The notes under the pieces were generated by a model that was not told the origin of the DNA, searched no databases, and saw nothing but the letters and a program-made list of their open reading frames with translations. Shown here one piece after another: positions 19,008-27,232 of a DNA stretch of 64,000 nucleotides. This DNA comes from an uncultured bacterium (lineage in GTDB: Bacteria; Auribacterota; Erginobacteria; Erginobacterales; Erginobacteraceae). The stretch covers positions 1 to 64,000 of the forward strand of contig CAWGIE010000035.1 of assembly GCA_963822585.1 (NCBI GenBank). The letters are read 5' to 3'. Positions within the stretch are counted from its first letter, which is position 1. Each line of letters starts with the position of its first letter. A program made the translations under genes and the position numbers.

Positions 19008-20816
19008 ATGCCCGACTCCCAGAATCAGCGTAACGGTCCGCTTGCCCTGAGGATCTTTCTGCTTGCCCTGTCTCTTCGGGTTATTCTTGATTTGCTCTTC
19101 TTCCTCCGCTCCGGCTGGTTCTCGTCGCACCTGATCGAGGTCTGGTTTTATTACGGGGTCGCCCGGGGGGTATTCACGCTCGCTCTCTTCGATCCCACCT
19201 TTCTTCTTCTCCGCCTGCCCGGGCTGCTGTTGCCCGGCGGGGTCCTCTACCCGGCCGTGGTCTTCGAAGCCGCTCTTATCTCCGCTCTGACGGCCGTCCT
19301 CATCTTCTACTGGCTCAATCACCGCTACGGGCGTTCCACGGGTTTCTGGGGCGGGCTCCTCTTCGCTCTTCTCCCCGCGCCGCTGACCCTTTCGCTGGTC
19401 AATTTCTCCCATGACCTGGTCCAGGCGCCCCTGGTAGTGCTCTTCTTCTGGGCGACCACGGCGGCTTTGCGGGGAGGTGAGAAGCGGGGGAAGGCATTCG
19501 CGGCCTCGATCGTCTGCCTGCTATTCGGTTTGATGGTCGGTCCGTTGATGGCGGCCGCGTTGATTATCGTCCTCATCGCAGCCCTCTGCTCGTTCCTGGA
19601 CGGGATAACGGGGAAAAAATCGGCACTCTGGATTTCCGGGCTGTATCTTCTGGGCCTCGTCCTTATCAATTACGGCCTCTACCTGATCATGAAGCCCCAT
19701 CTGCTGGAATGGTTCGCCCCCCTGGCCATGAAGTTCCGGGGGATCGACCTGCTGGCTCAGATCAGGATCCGGGTCGGCGATTTGCAGCCGCTCCCCCCGG
19801 ACGCTTTCTGGAATCGTTACACCCTCTGTATTTTTTTTCTGCCCTGGGGGCTCTGGTTGGCCTGCCGGAAAAGGCATTTTTTTCTTTTGACGCTGTTTCT
19901 TTTCAGCCTGGCTCTCTCCCTGGTCGTAAACCGGGGCGCCCGGCTCCTCGACCTGGCCGTCGTCGCCGTAACGGCATCCGGTCTGGCCGAATGGGGCAAA
20001 AACGCTCTCCGGGTGACGATTATCGCCGTGATCACGATTATCCTGCTGGATCTTTTGGGCGGGACCGCTCTGATGGGATCACTATCCTTTACCCTGCCGA
20101 AGATGCTGGAGGGGATATATATCGGTATTCCATTCGGCCTCAAACAATTATGGCGTTCACTGGCAGGGTGGTTGTCCGGCCGTCCGGTCAATCTCCTGGA
20201 ACTCTACTGTGCCCTGATCTTCACCGGGCTGCTGGTTGTTTCGATTATCGGGGCCTTCCTCCTGAAGGGGGGGAAGAAATGGCCGGTCCGGGTGCTGCTG
20301 CCCGTGATCGTTCTTCTTCAGGGGAGCTGGGTGTTCGTGGCCGCTCAGACCAGCAGCGAAGAGATGGAGTATGTAGCCTACCGATGGCTGAACGAACATT
20401 CCCGGCCCAAGGAGAAGATCTTCGCGGCCTGGAATCAGGGCTACTTCATCGGCGCGGTCACCCATCTGGAGCCGGTTACCACGCCGGAACGGATAGATCT
20501 TTCGCTGACCCGTCTTTACTGGGAGGATGAAGTGTCCGCGGCCCGGGCGTTGCACGATCGGGGGGTGGAGTACGTTCACGTCAGCAGCCGGTATTTCGGC
20601 ATCACCGGAGTTAACCGGGAGAATGACTCTTTTACCATGCGGGGCAATACCATCATCGGACCCCAGCCGACTCACATCCGCCGGTTTTCGGCGATGCGCC
20701 GGACACTGCTCTTCCGTCTTCTTTATGAGCCGAATAAGCTGGAGTATTTTACTCCGATTTATGAGAAAATCGATCAGCGCCAGCAGGTGATGGTAAGGAT
20801 ATTTCGTGTAAAGTAG
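19008..20816 (+). CDS. Polytopic GT-C fold glycosyltransferase, STT3/AglB-like architecture
   Basis: ~13 TM segments, then a soluble domain with AY.WL..HS....IFAAWNQGY.I, positionally equivalent to the W...WWDYG region. Confidence 0.6.
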   Translation: MPDSQNQRNGPLALRIFLLALSLRVILDLLFFLRSGWFSSHLIEVWFYYGVARGVFTLALFDPTFLLLRLPGLLLPGGVLYPAVVFEAALISALTAVLIFYWLNHRYGRSTGFWGGLLFALLPAPLTLSLVNFSHDLVQAPLVVLFFWATTAALRGGEKRGKAFAASIVCLLFGLMVGPLMAAALIIVLIAALCSFLDGITGKKSALWISGLYLLGLVLINYGLYLIMKPHLLEWFAPLAMKFRGIDLLAQIRIRVGDLQPLPPDAFWNRYTLCIFFLPWGLWLACRKRHFFLLTLFLFSLALSLVVNRGARLLDLAVVAVTASGLAEWGKNALRVTIIAVITIILLDLLGGTALMGSLSFTLPKMLEGIYIGIPFGLKQLWRSLAGWLSGRPVNLLELYCALIFTGLLVVSIIGAFLLKGGKKWPVRVLLPVIVLLQGSWVFVAAQTSSEEMEYVAYRWLNEHSRPKEKIFAAWNQGYFIGAVTHLEPVTTPERIDLSLTRLYWEDEVSAARALHDRGVEYVHVSSRYFGITGVNRENDSFTMRGNTIIGPQPTHIRRFSAMRRTLLFRLLYEPNKLEYFTPIYEKIDQRQQVMVRIFRVK

Positions 20817-20877
20817 ATGTATAGGTACATCATGATATATTTTATTGTTTCACGATATGAAAAATAGTGTGAAACAG

Positions 20878-20956
20878 GGAGTAATGGAGTGCTGGAGTAA
20901 TGGACGACTGGGGGGCCGCGCGCCGGGCTCTCAACACTCCACCACTCCAACATTCC
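20878..20956. repeat. Family B inverted 8-mer array
   Basis: ggagtaat ggagtgct ggagtaat gg ... acactcc accactcc aacattcc. Confidence 0.8.
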
Positions 20957-20960
20957 TGTT

Positions 20961-20988
20961 GCCCGCGGCGAAGCCGAGGGCTAAGTTC
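20961..20988 (+). repeat. REP-like GCCC-x-GCGAAGC-GAGGGC-TAAGTT hairpin motif
   Basis: Same orientation at 20961, 22467, 27188 and 39633. Confidence 0.7.
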
Positions 20989-21001
20989 AAAGGGGTTTAA
21001 T

Positions 21002-21847
21002 ATGAGAAAGATCAAAGTGTGTCTGGGCTATGCTCTGGTGGCGTGCCTGGTAATTCCGGCGCTGGTCTTTGCCGGGGAACCGGGCTATCAGGAAGGGGTT
21101 TATGAAGGGACCTCTTCCGAAGGTCAGTTCGGGAAGGTTCAGGTGGAGGTGATCATCGAGGGAGGAAAGATCACGGATCTGCAATTTAAAGGATTGCCGG
21201 ACTGGTACCCGGAAAAGGTAAAGACAGGCATGAAAGAGAAGATTATCGAGAAGCAGTCCCCCCGGGTGGACGCCGTCACCGGGGCAACGGTCAGCTGCGG
21301 CATGATCAGCGAAGCCGTAGCCCGGGCATTAGAGCAAGCGGCTGTCCCCCCGGCGGAGCAGAAAACCGACCCTGCTCCCCCGCGGGTTATACTGGAGACC
21401 ACGCAGGGGAGGATCGAGCTTCTGCTTTATCCGGGAAAAGCCCCCCGGACGGTGGAGAATTTCATCGGCTTGGTCGAAAAGGGGTATTATAACGGGGTCA
21501 TCTTTCACCGGGTGATCCCCGGTTTCATGATCCAGGGCGGCGATCCGACCGGCACCGGGCGCGGAGGCTCCTCTCTCTGGGGAAAGCCTTTCCCGGATGA
21601 GGTCAGCTCCGGATTGAGCTTCGACAAACCGGGCCTGCTGGCGATGGCCAACGCCGGGCCGAATACGAACGGTTCCCAGTTCTTCATCACGGTCGCCCCC
21701 ACCCCCTGGCTGAACGGCCATCATACCATCTTCGGAGAAGTGGTTGAGGGTTACGAAGTGGTTCAGAAGATGGAGAAGGTTCCGACCGGCCCCGGCAACC
21801 GGCCGACGCAAGAGCAGAAGATCATCAAAGCCACGGTTGTCCGTTAA
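21002..21847 (+). CDS. Secreted FMN-binding domain fused to cyclophilin-type peptidyl-prolyl isomerase
   Basis: Signal peptide; G.Y.G...G..G.V.V.V; VDAVTGAT flavinylation-type motif; FHRVIPGFMIQGGDPTGTG; LAMANAGPNTNGSQFFIT. Confidence 0.9.
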   Translation: MRKIKVCLGYALVACLVIPALVFAGEPGYQEGVYEGTSSEGQFGKVQVEVIIEGGKITDLQFKGLPDWYPEKVKTGMKEKIIEKQSPRVDAVTGATVSCGMISEAVARALEQAAVPPAEQKTDPAPPRVILETTQGRIELLLYPGKAPRTVENFIGLVEKGYYNGVIFHRVIPGFMIQGGDPTGTGRGGSSLWGKPFPDEVSSGLSFDKPGLLAMANAGPNTNGSQFFITVAPTPWLNGHHTIFGEVVEGYEVVQKMEKVPTGPGNRPTQEQKIIKATVVR

Positions 21848-21895
21848 CCTGGATTATTCATGAAAATTTAAAATTTTCATGAATAATCCAGGTTA
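21845..21895. repeat. 51-bp palindrome (25-bp perfect arms) starting with the gene's TAA
   Basis: TAACCTGGATTATTCATGAAAATTT-A-AAATTTTCATGAATAATCCAGGTTA. Confidence 0.9.
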
Positions 21896-22191
21896 CTAGT
21901 TGCCGTTCAATATATTACGGATAGCAAACATACTAATACGGCAACAGCAGACTGTTCTGTCTTAGCCGATAGGCCAACGATTATGTCTACCGGCAATAGT
22001 GCGATCTATAACAAACGTTTGTCAATAAGTGATTGCCAAAGAATATGATATGATCGGAACCGTATTTTGTTGCTATACACTTTTACTTTGGCGTTGTTCA
22101 AAACTAACCCGATTTATGAATAGATCGGGTTAAGGCGGAGCGTTAACTTACAGCTTATGAATTTTTATAAATCAGGAAAAACAACATGTAA

Positions 22192-22246
22192 TGACGAAAT
22201 CCGACCCGAGATGATCGGAGATCATTTTTCGGGTCGGATTCCGTCA
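22192..22246. repeat. Long imperfect hairpin with C(GGA)G triloop
   Basis: TGACGAAATCCGACCCGAGA-TGATC-GGA-GATCA-TTTTTCGGGTCGGATTCCGTCA. Confidence 0.7.
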
Positions 22247-22328
22247 GTAGTAGCGCCGAAGGCGCTAATTTGCTGCTTCGGAATTTCCCCGATAACCATC
22301 GGGGTGCGCCTCTGACGCACAATAATCT

Positions 22329-22493
22329 TATTTTTCCTCCGGAAAAATAAGAATGTGCAAGCATTGAATAGACATTGCAGGGATATTTTAAAGTAAATTC
22401 GTGTCCCCGAAAAGTGCCTTCAGCACCTCGGGGTAAAAATTCGCGAAATTCGTAGTTTTTTTAGTCGCCCGAGCGAAGCGAGGGCTAAGTTCT
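22329..22493 (+). repeat. Composite ~130-160-bp repeat (triloop palindrome + ATGTGCAAGCATT...AATTCGTAGTT + REP-like motif)
   Basis: Collinear second copy at 27081-27214. Confidence 0.75.
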
Positions 22494-22614
22494 ATATTGC
22501 CGGTCAGGAGATTGTGTGTTAATTTAAATTGGCAATTTAAATACCAACCCGATTATCGCCCCTAGTTTTTCCGATCGGGATTCCAGAGATAAATCGCGTG
22601 GAGACGCCGGCATT

Positions 22615-24126
22615 GTGAAAAACGCGGCCTTGCTATTATTCTTGATCGTCTCTTTTATCCCCTCCGGGGCCTTGCCATTCACGGTCAAGACCACGGAGGA
22701 GGGAATTCCTCTCGCCTGGCCGTCCAGCCGTACCACCATCTTCTACACGATCGGTTCTGACGAGGCAGGCCTTCCTTCCGGACTGGTGAAAGATATAGCC
22801 GGTGCTTTTCAATCCTGGGAGGAAAATTCCCGGGGGGAGCTCGCCTTCATTTACGGAGGCAATCTTGAAAACGGGGAGGCAGTCCGGGACGGGAAGAACA
22901 CGATACTCTGGGTTACGGAAGGCTGGGCGTATGGGCCCGATATCGCTGCTATCTCCACCACCTGGCCTTCCGAAGACGGAAGCGGCATCGAGGAAGTCGA
23001 TATCGAATTCAACGGCCGGGACTTCGATTGGTCTTCTCCTGCCTCCCCCGGGATCCTGGATACGGCGCTGCATGAGATCGGCCATTTCTTAGGGGTCGGT
23101 CATTCCTTCAACCCCGGCGCCGTCATGCATGAGACCATCGGTCCCCCGGGAGCGGTCCGCCGGGCCGTAAGCAGGGACGATATCGAGGCTCTCTCCTTTC
23201 TTTATCCCCCCCGGGAGCGGAAGGTGAGCCGCTACGATCTGCCCGTTCTTTTCTACCCCCGGGATTTCCCGGGAGAGCCACCCATCCTTCCCCCCTCCCC
23301 GGGTTTGGATCCCGGACCGGGCCGCTGGGTTACCGCTCTGGGATCGGCGGATTTCGATGAGGACGGGTTCCGCTCGGAGATACTTGCCTCCTCTCGTGAC
23401 GATAACGGCGCAAAGGCGATTGGGGGATGGGAGATCCCGGATGAGGAAACGGGGGCTCTGCGCCGTCTTTCCCTGCCGGAGGAAATTTCCCCGGCGGGTG
23501 AGATCACCGCCCTCTCCGGGGTTGATATCGACCGGGACGGCATCAGCGGGGAGGCCGCGGTCCTGATCCGGCGGGACGGCGGTGAACGGATCTACTTTTT
23601 TAACCTGGACCCGGCCGTCGCCCCGGCCCCGGAACCGATCGCGATGCTGGCCCTGGCCGCCCCCCCGGCCAATAACCTGATCGGCATGGCTTCTCTGGAC
23701 GCGGACGGCGACCGGGTCCGGGACGAACTGCTGCTTCTCCGGGCCCAGCCGGAGGGATTTGCTCTCTTTCTCCATGACGTTCCCGGTCCGGGCGAGATGA
23801 TCGACGCGACCGACCCCGGGATCGAGATCGCTGTTCCCGGCCTCCAGGAAGGATCCCGGCTCCTTGGCTTGGCGGTTCTGGACGCGGACGGAGATGGAGA
23901 GGAACGTGATCCGGTCTTGCTGGAATTGACACCCGCCGGTGAATACTGGCTGCACGCTTTTCGGCTGGTCGGCCCCCCCGGCGGCCCCGTCTCCGACCTC
24001 ACCTATCTCACCTCCGCTCGCCTGCCGTCCTTAACCGCCGGGGTTCTCCCCGCGAGAATGGCGGCCCTCGATCTGAACCGGGATGGTTACTACACTGAGT
24101 TGGTTATTTTTACCGCGGCGGAATAA
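22615..24126 (+). CDS. Secreted matrixin (M10-like) zinc metalloprotease with C-terminal FG-GAP-like repeats
   Basis: HEIGHFLGVGH zinc motif, AVM Met-turn, DIEFN, repeated D.D.DG motifs. Confidence 0.88.
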   Translation: MKNAALLLFLIVSFIPSGALPFTVKTTEEGIPLAWPSSRTTIFYTIGSDEAGLPSGLVKDIAGAFQSWEENSRGELAFIYGGNLENGEAVRDGKNTILWVTEGWAYGPDIAAISTTWPSEDGSGIEEVDIEFNGRDFDWSSPASPGILDTALHEIGHFLGVGHSFNPGAVMHETIGPPGAVRRAVSRDDIEALSFLYPPRERKVSRYDLPVLFYPRDFPGEPPILPPSPGLDPGPGRWVTALGSADFDEDGFRSEILASSRDDNGAKAIGGWEIPDEETGALRRLSLPEEISPAGEITALSGVDIDRDGISGEAAVLIRRDGGERIYFFNLDPAVAPAPEPIAMLALAAPPANNLIGMASLDADGDRVRDELLLLRAQPEGFALFLHDVPGPGEMIDATDPGIEIAVPGLQEGSRLLGLAVLDADGDGEERDPVLLELTPAGEYWLHAFRLVGPPGGPVSDLTYLTSARLPSLTAGVLPARMAALDLNRDGYYTELVIFTAAE

Positions 24127-24404
24127 ACAGCCCCCCCGGCTTCCAAAAACGGTTCGGAGTATCTCATCCCCCGATAATGTCTAACCGGTTCCCTCTCCCC
24201 GCTTCCGGAGGCTGTGCTCATACCGGTCACTCCGCGGGCTGATGATAGCCCCCTTCAGAATAGGAAAGAAGGGGAGAGAGTGTCCCCTCCCCTGGGGAAA
24301 GAATACTCCTCTTTTTCTTCGTGTTCTTCGCGGCCTTCGTGATAGGATGCAACCTAAATTTTTCTGAACTTAACCGCATTGCCAGGCGTATTAGGATATA
24401 CATA

Positions 24405-24986
24405 ATGGCTCAAACAGATGAGCAATTGATCGAGTTATGCAAGGGGAAGGATGTCGCTGCCCTGGAAGACCTATTGACCAGGTATCAGAATCCGCTGATG
24501 GTATTTATTTATTCCGTGGTCAGGGATTATCACTTGGCGGAGGACATATTCCAGGAGACTTTTATCCGGGTTTACCGGGAGGCCAGGCGTTTCCGGAGTG
24601 GCTGTAAATTTAAAACCTGGCTTTATACCATCGCCATGAACCTCTGCCGGGACGCGCTCCGCAAGGAACGCCGTCGGCCGGTGGTTCCGCTGGAGATGGA
24701 GATGTCGGATCGGGAGGGGCCGTCATCCGGCCGGCTAATGGACATGCTCCCCGGCCGGGGACCCGATCCCCGGGAGGACGCGGGCGGACGGGAGCTGGAA
24801 GAAATTTTGCGCCGGGAGCTGGAAGGGCTTTCCGAGGGGCACCGACAGGTAGTTATTCTGAGCAGGCTGAACGGGTTAAAATATACTGAAATCGCCCAAA
24901 TCATGGGCATCCCCTCCGGCACCGTCCGTTCCCGCCTGCACTACGCGCTGGAGTATTTAAGGAAGAGGCTGCCGGAGAGAACATAA
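24405..24986 (+). CDS. ECF RNA polymerase sigma-70 factor
   Basis: AEDIFQETF, FKTWLYTIAMN, Y.EIA.IMGIP.GTV.SRL. Confidence 0.95.
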   Translation: MAQTDEQLIELCKGKDVAALEDLLTRYQNPLMVFIYSVVRDYHLAEDIFQETFIRVYREARRFRSGCKFKTWLYTIAMNLCRDALRKERRRPVVPLEMEMSDREGPSSGRLMDMLPGRGPDPREDAGGRELEEILRRELEGLSEGHRQVVILSRLNGLKYTEIAQIMGIPSGTVRSRLHYALEYLRKRLPERT

Positions 24987-25039
24987 TAGAGAGAATTCAT
25001 TTACTGCTACGGAATTATAATAAATTTAAAAAACGGCTA

Positions 25040-25150
25040 TCGTTGAACGGTTGCGCGGCTCGAAACGTTGAACGGGGTGTGGTTGCGTCCGCCGCCACGC
25101 ACCCGTTCCACGCAACCGATTCGCGCCGCGCAACCGCAACCTTCTTCCCC
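25040..25150. repeat. Degenerate inverted short-repeat array (GGTTGC / GCAACC)
   Basis: cggttgcgcggct...ggttgcg ... cgcaacc...cgcaaccgcaacc. Confidence 0.5.
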
Positions 25151-25179
25151 CAAGTTGCGAACGAACTGAGCTAACTTGT

Positions 25180-25923
25180 ATGAAAACATGTGACGAATTC
25201 CAAGGCTATCTCTTCGACAGCGTGCTGGGGGAGCCCCTTCCGCCGAAGGCGGAAGAGGCACTTCAATCCCATCTTCGCGACTGCCCGGACTGCCGGAAGA
25301 TCCATGAAGAGGCCGGGAAAGCCTGGGAAGATCTGGGAAGGTTAAAACAAGTGCGATTTTCTCCCGCCCTTTCGGAAAATGTGCTCCGGCAGGTGTCGCT
25401 CCGGCCGGCGTTAATCCGGTTCTTGAGACGTCCGCTTACTTTCCGGCAGACGGCTCTTTTCGCCACCGCCGCCGTGGTTATCCTGGTCGCCGGTCTGTTT
25501 CTCATCTTTTACAGGTTTCATCCGTCCCCGGAAGTGGGAGGCCGGACTTATATACGGGAGGCCGGGATCTTTTATCGCGGGGAAATGCCGCCGCCCGATC
25601 TGCTGATGACGCTGGACGACTACCTGGAAAAGACAAGAAATATTCTTGGCGGTATCCGGGATGGCTACTATAATACCTGGGGGTCGGTTATGGTGGATAT
25701 TATTTCCCGGGATATCCAGGGCCGCTCGAACTATCTTCTGGAGAACCCGGATCTTCCCGCCACGGCTCGTCCCGTCGTCGCCAGGCTCCACGATGCTTTC
25801 TGGCGGATGTTACAGTCCGGCCGGGGTCGGGAGACGGAAACGGTCCGGCTCCCGCCGGGGGTGGAGCCCTCCGCGTTGATGGGGGAGATCGACGGCTACA
25901 AGTCCGTTTCGGAAGTTCAATAA
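25180..25923 (+). CDS. Zinc-binding (zf-HC2) transmembrane anti-sigma factor
   Basis: C...HLRDCPDC HxxxCxxC motif, one TM helix, directly downstream of the ECF sigma gene. Confidence 0.88.
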   Translation: MKTCDEFQGYLFDSVLGEPLPPKAEEALQSHLRDCPDCRKIHEEAGKAWEDLGRLKQVRFSPALSENVLRQVSLRPALIRFLRRPLTFRQTALFATAAVVILVAGLFLIFYRFHPSPEVGGRTYIREAGIFYRGEMPPPDLLMTLDDYLEKTRNILGGIRDGYYNTWGSVMVDIISRDIQGRSNYLLENPDLPATARPVVARLHDAFWRMLQSGRGRETETVRLPPGVEPSALMGEIDGYKSVSEVQ

Positions 25924-25941
25924 TGTAACTAAAAAATGATA

Positions 25942-26076
25942 CGAATGATGAAATCCGAATGAAGAATGACGAATGAATGACGAAGTCCGAATGATAAGTC
26001 TGGCCGCGCCGGTGGCAAGCGGGAATAAGATCATTTTGACAGTAGAGCATTAGACATTCATTCGGATTTCGTCATT
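25942..26076. repeat. Inverted heptad array (GAATGAC)n ... (GTCATTC)n, family F
   Basis: gaatgat gaaatcc gaatgaa gaatgac ... cattcattcggatttcgtcatt. Related arrays at 33696 and 35504. Confidence 0.75.
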
Positions 26077-26101
26077 ATTTGCCCCGAAGGCGCTGATTAA
26101 T

Positions 26102-27076
26102 ATGTTAACCAGGAGACAGATAACATTAATCAATCTGGTTCTGGCCTTTCTCCTGGCAGGAGGAGGGGCGTACCTGGTCTGGTCGTATGTGCAGCCGCAG
26201 CCGGGGGAAGATGAGTTTGTTACCGACCGCGGTCCCTTGAACGCTCTCGCGGCGTCCACTCCGCCCGGGAGATCGTACTATGAAATCGTCGTCAACCGCG
26301 ATCTCTGGGAGGCGAAGTTCCTTGCTCCGGTCGAGGGGCCGCCGCCGACTCCACCTCCCCCGGCGGTTCCTCCGCCGAATTTGAAGCTGCTCGGGACATC
26401 GATCCGGCGCGACCCCGCTAAGAGCACGGCCATCATCGAAGAGGTTGCGAATAAGGAGCAACATCTCTCCCGCGTGGGCGACGTGGTGGCCGGGGCGACG
26501 GTTCTGGAGATTCAGCGGAATCAGGTGGTCCTGGAGCACATGGGAAACGTCTTCACTATCTCCGCTTTTCAGGACAGTATCAAAGTTGAAAAGGGAGCGA
26601 TCCCGCTCAGCCGGGTGCTTCGCCCTTTGGGGAAGAATCAATGGCTGATCAGCAAGCAAGGACTTTGGAAACTGATAGAGAATAACAAATGGCTGGTGAG
26701 CAGTAAGGGACTCTGGAAATATATCGGCGTCGAAAAAATACAGATCAAGATCAATGAAGTTCAGGCGGAGATCATGAAGGCGCTGGCCAATGTCGGCTGC
26801 CGGACGTATTATCCGCCGGGGAAGCCGCGCCGGGGGGACGCGGAGGGGTATGAGATTCTTGTCCTGCCCCCCCGCCATCTCGCGATCTACCTGGGGATAA
26901 AACAGGGGGATATCATTCGCACGGTCAACGAGAAGATGATCACCAGCAGGCAGAAAGCGCTGGAGCTTCTCCAGGAGGTCCAGGATGCCAAGTCGGTGAT
27001 CGTCGAGATACAGCGTTCAGGGGAACTTATTCAGCTGGAGTACCTGATTCAGACCGAGCTGCTGGAGCTGGAATAA
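26102..27076 (+). CDS. gspC: Type II secretion protein C (TM, HR domain, PDZ-like)
   Basis: N-terminal TM; L.L.GT...S.AII...VGD.V.GA.V..I....V.L; G.K.GDII..VN PDZ; upstream of the secretin. Confidence 0.75.
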   Translation: MLTRRQITLINLVLAFLLAGGGAYLVWSYVQPQPGEDEFVTDRGPLNALAASTPPGRSYYEIVVNRDLWEAKFLAPVEGPPPTPPPPAVPPPNLKLLGTSIRRDPAKSTAIIEEVANKEQHLSRVGDVVAGATVLEIQRNQVVLEHMGNVFTISAFQDSIKVEKGAIPLSRVLRPLGKNQWLISKQGLWKLIENNKWLVSSKGLWKYIGVEKIQIKINEVQAEIMKALANVGCRTYYPPGKPRRGDAEGYEILVLPPRHLAIYLGIKQGDIIRTVNEKMITSRQKALELLQEVQDAKSVIVEIQRSGELIQLEYLIQTELLELE

Positions 27077-27232
27077 TGTCTTATTTCCCCTTCGGGGAAA
27101 TAAAAATGTGCAAGCATTAATCCGACAGTACAGGGATATTTTAAAGTCAATTCGTGTAATTCGCGTAATTCGTAGTTTTATTTAGTCGCCCAAGCAAAGC
27201 GAGGGCTACGTTCTGATGGAGTGAGCTAATTT

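Noticed and set aside
21897..22330. tRNA, riboswitch or small protein gene
   Set aside because: No cloverleaf, T-loop or known aptamer consensus recognised. The short ORFs lack an SD and motifs.
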